From contig OZ024749.1 in assembly GCA_964016885.1 (NCBI GenBank), forward strand, positions 15,314,001-15,378,000: 64,000 nucleotides of DNA, given 5' to 3'. Made by a program: the position numbers and the translations under genes. The DNA is from Eledone cirrhosa (taxonomy: Eukaryota). This document shows, one piece after another, positions 59,795 through 64,000 of this stretch. A model generated the notes under the pieces. It ran no database searches. It was given only the letters and a program-made list of their open reading frames with translations, and was not told where the DNA came from. The stretch's first letter is position 1. Each line of letters begins with the position of its first letter.

Positions 59795-59831
<37 letters not shown>

Positions 59832-60440
59832 GTCAGGTCACCAGTTGGTGCTACTGGTAACATGTATCCCAGTACAACCTGTCTCATGGTCGGGTCGTTG
59901 GCGACTAAACTGGCAACCCCACCAAGGTTTCTTGGTGAGGAGGGTGACTTTGGACATCCTGCAGGACTAAAAACAAAACCTGTCAAAGGGCAAGGGAGCT
60001 CTTAAGAGTCAATAGCCATCCAAAATCACTGGGAGAGATGACCCCTTAGCCTTTGTCAAGGCAGAATTCTAGGAGTAGGAAAACTCTGATATAACACCTG
60101 CAACCCTGATGGTATCCAATGATGTTGACTTGTTCTTCTTTTTGGTAAATATCATCTTGGTTAAGAGAGTGGGACTGGCTTTGTGCAGTGCCTTTGCTCA
60201 CTATAAAAGCTTCACGGCACAGGCATTGCTTTATATCTGGAGATCTCTCTGCACTTGTCATCACATGGTACCATGGGCCCTGCACTATGTGTCAATAATG
60301 GTCACAAGTGTAGTCTTTGTACCAGAGTTTTCAAGTCGCTGGCTGGACTAAAAAGTCACATTCGTTCAGCGCATCGGTAGGGGTTCTCCTACACGGATAT
60401 AAAGTAGTGGCCGTACTCGAAAACGAGTTGGCAGCCACCA
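59832..60440 (+). mobile_element. Internally deleted RTE derivative: 5' UTR joined to a 3' end encoding a C2H2 finger
   Basis: 60027-60090 resembles the RTE 5' UTR at 44510-44575 (-); 60303-60380 translates HKCSLCTRVFKSLAGLKSHIRSAHR*. Confidence 0.7.
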
Positions 60441-61001
60441 TATATATATATATATTATATATATATATATTTATATATATATATACTAACACACCCATAC
60501 ATACATATATACATACATACACACATATGTACAGACAGACAGACAGCAACGTGCACATAAATACAGCAGTAGATCTATTTATTAACCTATCTGTCTATAT
60601 ATGTGTATATACATCTATCTATCTGTCTATAACTATGTCTCTTCATCTCTCTCTCTCTCTGTAAATATATATATATACATATATACATACATATAATTTC
60701 AAAAAAGACTGCATGACTAAGACTTTAGAATATAAATTCAAAATAGGGGTCGCACGGGAAAAACACAATGGAAAAATAACAGAAAGACGGAGAGCCCCAA
60801 CTCCTCAGTCAACCTCTGGAAATCACTACAGTTTCGGATTATAAAGGTCAATACCGTTCATTCCAGTACACATTGGGACAACAAAACAGGTAGATACAAG
60901 TTATGTCTTTAGGCAAATTACACAAATATAGAGTGTGCAAGGGCTTAGCCAGAGGAGAAAAATTAGGAAAGGAAAGAAGTAGTAAACCAGAACCCCGCCC
61001 C

Positions 61002-61074
<73 letters not shown>

Positions 61075-61360
61075 CATTTAAGAAAATTAACAAGAGAGGA
61101 CAAGATAACGAACGGAAACAAGGCAAATTAATAAACAATTTTCTAAGGGGAAACTTTCAAAAGTTATTTTTCAAAAATAAAAATACAAACGAAGAACTGC
61201 ATGGTCATTCGCCGTTGAGATAGACTTTGGCAGTTTTGACCCTTACCAACGGTATAGCTGGTCCACCTCGGGTCACAGCGTCTAACACAAGCCAAACGTT
61301 GTCCAGTGGAGTAAGAGACTCAAAAATACTATATATTTTCAATAGGTCGGCAGAGGGGCA

Positions 61361-61405
61361 AACAGTCCTGATGATGGGTAATGACCCCGAAACATGTTGC
61401 TTGTT
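61361..61405 (+). ncRNA. Type I minimal hammerhead, family H
   Basis: AACAGTC-CTGATGA-T-GGGT aatg ACCC-C-GAAA-CATG-TT-GCTTGTT; palindromic ACATGT at stem III. Confidence 0.75.
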
Positions 61406-61542
61406 CCTCGATGCCACTGTTAAACAAACGGATGACAGTTGATCATCAAGGCACAACACAGCTTTGTCGGACCGTTTGCTTGCAAACGAACCGAATATTA
61501 TTATTAATGTTCGATATAACCCATTCGTACATATGTATGTAC

Positions 61543-61600
<58 letters not shown>

Positions 61601-61812
61601 ATATATATATATATAGTGCCCCAGCATGGACTCAGCCGGATGGCTGGAACAGGTAAAAGAGTAAAAGAGTATATATGTGTGTGTGTGTGTGTGTCTGTGG
61701 GTGTGTGTGTGTGTGCATATACATGTGGCAGGGAACCAGATGGACCATAACGCGCCAGAGTACTCGATACTTAGGGTAGTAGAGTGGGTAATATATATAT
61801 ACATATATATAT

Positions 61813-61935
61813 AAAAGGTAAACAGAAATAACAACACAATCGGTACAGTATATGGAAGGAATATATTAAGTTAACGCTTGAAATAGCAGGAAGAGGGTCT
61901 TAACGTTTCGGACGCTAGTCCTTTATCAGAAGAAA
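61813..61935 (-). mobile_element. Family E pLTR with decayed hammerhead (G8A) at 61898-61933
   Basis: TCTT-CTGATAA-A-GGAC tagc GTCC-GAAA-CG-TT-AAGA. Confidence 0.6.
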
Positions 61936-62556
61936 GAATGAGAAATTAGAAAGATTGAAGGGACGGTGGGGTGGAATTAGGCAAAAATATTTTAGAGAAA
62001 AATAACAGGTCCATTCATGTTGCCATCTCTTGGAAAACTGTTGATGGTGACATTTTGTGTATGATATATTTTTTTTTAGAAAAGTCGACGTCCATTTAAG
62101 TTATTTTGACAAATTACTAAAGCACTCGACGTTAGGGACGTCACCCCTCGTAGATGTGGTATCCAGTGGTTGGCGCAGGAAACGGAGTAAAGTATTTAAA
62201 ACAACATCAGAAGGCAGGACTGAAAGATGTGCTGTACATTTTAATTCTGGGGCCTGTCTTAACACAATTCTTTTTACAGGCAGTCCCCACGTCAAATTTT
62301 CATTTTCCATTTTTCAATTTGCTATTCTCTTTTCCCTATCTTCCATGATAAGTATGGGTTCTACGTAATCCTATTTTGTAATTCTGTCGAAGCCCTGTCT
62401 TGCATCATAAATGGATGATGGAGCTGAGCCATTGAAATATGTTTAGTGGTTTCACGGAATTAAAATTTACAGCATATCTTCCAGTACGGCCTTCTGTTGT
62501 GGTTTTAACAGCTCGTCTGACCGCCTGCATATCAAATGATATCTACATCTCCTGTG

Positions 62557-62633
62557 GATTTTATCTGAAGATAATATATTTTGGCTTATGTTATACATAA
62601 ACCTTGCATCTTCGAAATACGTATAAGAAAATA
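62557..62633 (+). ncRNA. Family C-related hammerhead, decayed; homologue at 39317-39393 (-)
   Basis: GATTTTAT-CTGAAGA...GAAA-TACGTA-TA-AGAAAATA. Confidence 0.5.
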
Positions 62634-62844
62634 AATTGGAATGGACTGAAGTAACTGTCTTTCGGTGGATTGGCAGTATCCGTGGAGGATCGGACGCCAT
62701 GCTTTCCAACATAGAGTTATGTCCCTTTACGGTCTGAGTTCAAATCCCGCCGAGGTTAACTATGCCTAAAGTCCCAGTAACGTACTGCGGTTAATTTAAT
62801 CGACTTTCCTATTCCCCAAAATTACTGGCCTTATACTAGAAATC

Positions 62845-62924
<80 letters not shown>

Positions 62925-63065
62925 CAAAGATTAATATGGTTCGTTGATTATTCAACGAATACAAGTTTACAATAGATTAGAAGCACTCGACAAAACAATT
63001 TCCTGGAGTATTTAATATTATTCAAAATATTAATAAATGAAATATATTCTCATAATCAAAATATA

Positions 63066-63128
63066 TATTTTATTATACATATTTCAAAGGTACAATGGTG
63101 TTTAAGTACGTTTTCATCAGACAAAATA
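63066..63128 (-). ncRNA. Family C-related hammerhead
   Basis: TATTTTGT-CTGATGA-AAACGTAC...GTACCTTT-GAAA-TATGTA-TA-ATAAAATA; stem I is kept while the stem II sequence is different. Confidence 0.65.
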
Positions 63129-64000
63129 TAAGATTTGATATGCGACATACCGCTACAGTTTTGATGTCCTCTATATAATTCTATAGCAATCTATTTATCA
63201 CCTTAAAAGCCACCTGTACAGGCTTCCCTTAAGTCAGATCTACTGAGGAAATATCCTCCCATTTACACTCACCAGTTGGGCTGAGGAAAAGTGAAGAGGG
63301 GTATATTTAGCCTGTATATCGGCCCGGGGGCCGGGATGGAGCCATTCATATTTGATGGCCCTCTTACCTCTTAAAAATTAAAAAACACAGACAGCAAATG
63401 TTAGGGCACACAAACTGCATCTCAAAGACAGACCATTGTTTGTAGAAACAGAAATTATTTCAGCCCCTACCCCTTCAGCAACCTCAAAGTGCAAACCGCC
63501 ACTGCTAACAACAACAACAACCACAACGCCACTACCACCCATGCGCCACTACCACCGACACACCACAACACCAGCCAATCACAACAATCATCACCAACAA
63601 CAATAACACCACCATAACAACAACAGCAACAAAAACAACAACAACAACACCTCACCACAAACTACACCACCATCACCACCAACACCACTACCACAACAAG
63701 AACAACACAAGCACAACCACAACAACCACCCCAATGTCACAGCGCCATAAACTACACCACCACCGCCAACACCACCACACTACTACACCACCACCGCCGC
63801 CACCACCACCACCACCACATACATACATACACATACATATACATACACACACACCACATACATACACATACATATACATACATACATATATATACATAGA
63901 TATATATATATACATACAAATATATTACACAAAGAGAAGTGTGTTACACAGTGAGATGTATGTAAAGAATTATTACAAGTGAGTTTTACCGTTACTGAAA

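Noticed and set aside
63200-63500. Unique island with GTGAGT and GTAAGA donor-like sites on the minus strand
   Set aside because: No consistent exon or recognisable peptide could be assembled.

Overview
This is a repeat-saturated, AT-rich metazoan window with no recognisable intact host gene. The SINE, RTE and microsatellite content suggests a cephalopod, probably an octopod (inference). Nearly all ORFs in the supplied track are translations of (TA)n, (CA)n or (GGT)n. The real content is decayed LINEs (RTE, CR1/L2-like, L1/Tx1-like, I-group), tRNA-derived SINEs, Helitron- and piggyBac-like non-autonomous elements, several satellites (615, 95, 72, 48, 40 and 35 bp) and a 200-N gap. The main hidden signal is about 20 intact or decayed type I hammerhead ribozyme motifs from roughly 9 sequence families, all folded by eye. 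Two families adjoin Penelope-like GIY-YIG coding remnants, and almost all sit in (TA)n tracts. Many lie in fold-back structures whose junctions fall at the ribozyme or at a (TA)n centre. Several ribozymes carry recurrent core variants (U4A, pyrimidine mismatch at 10.1-11.1). Two divergent families share NRF1- and YY1-like motifs upstream of the ribozyme.
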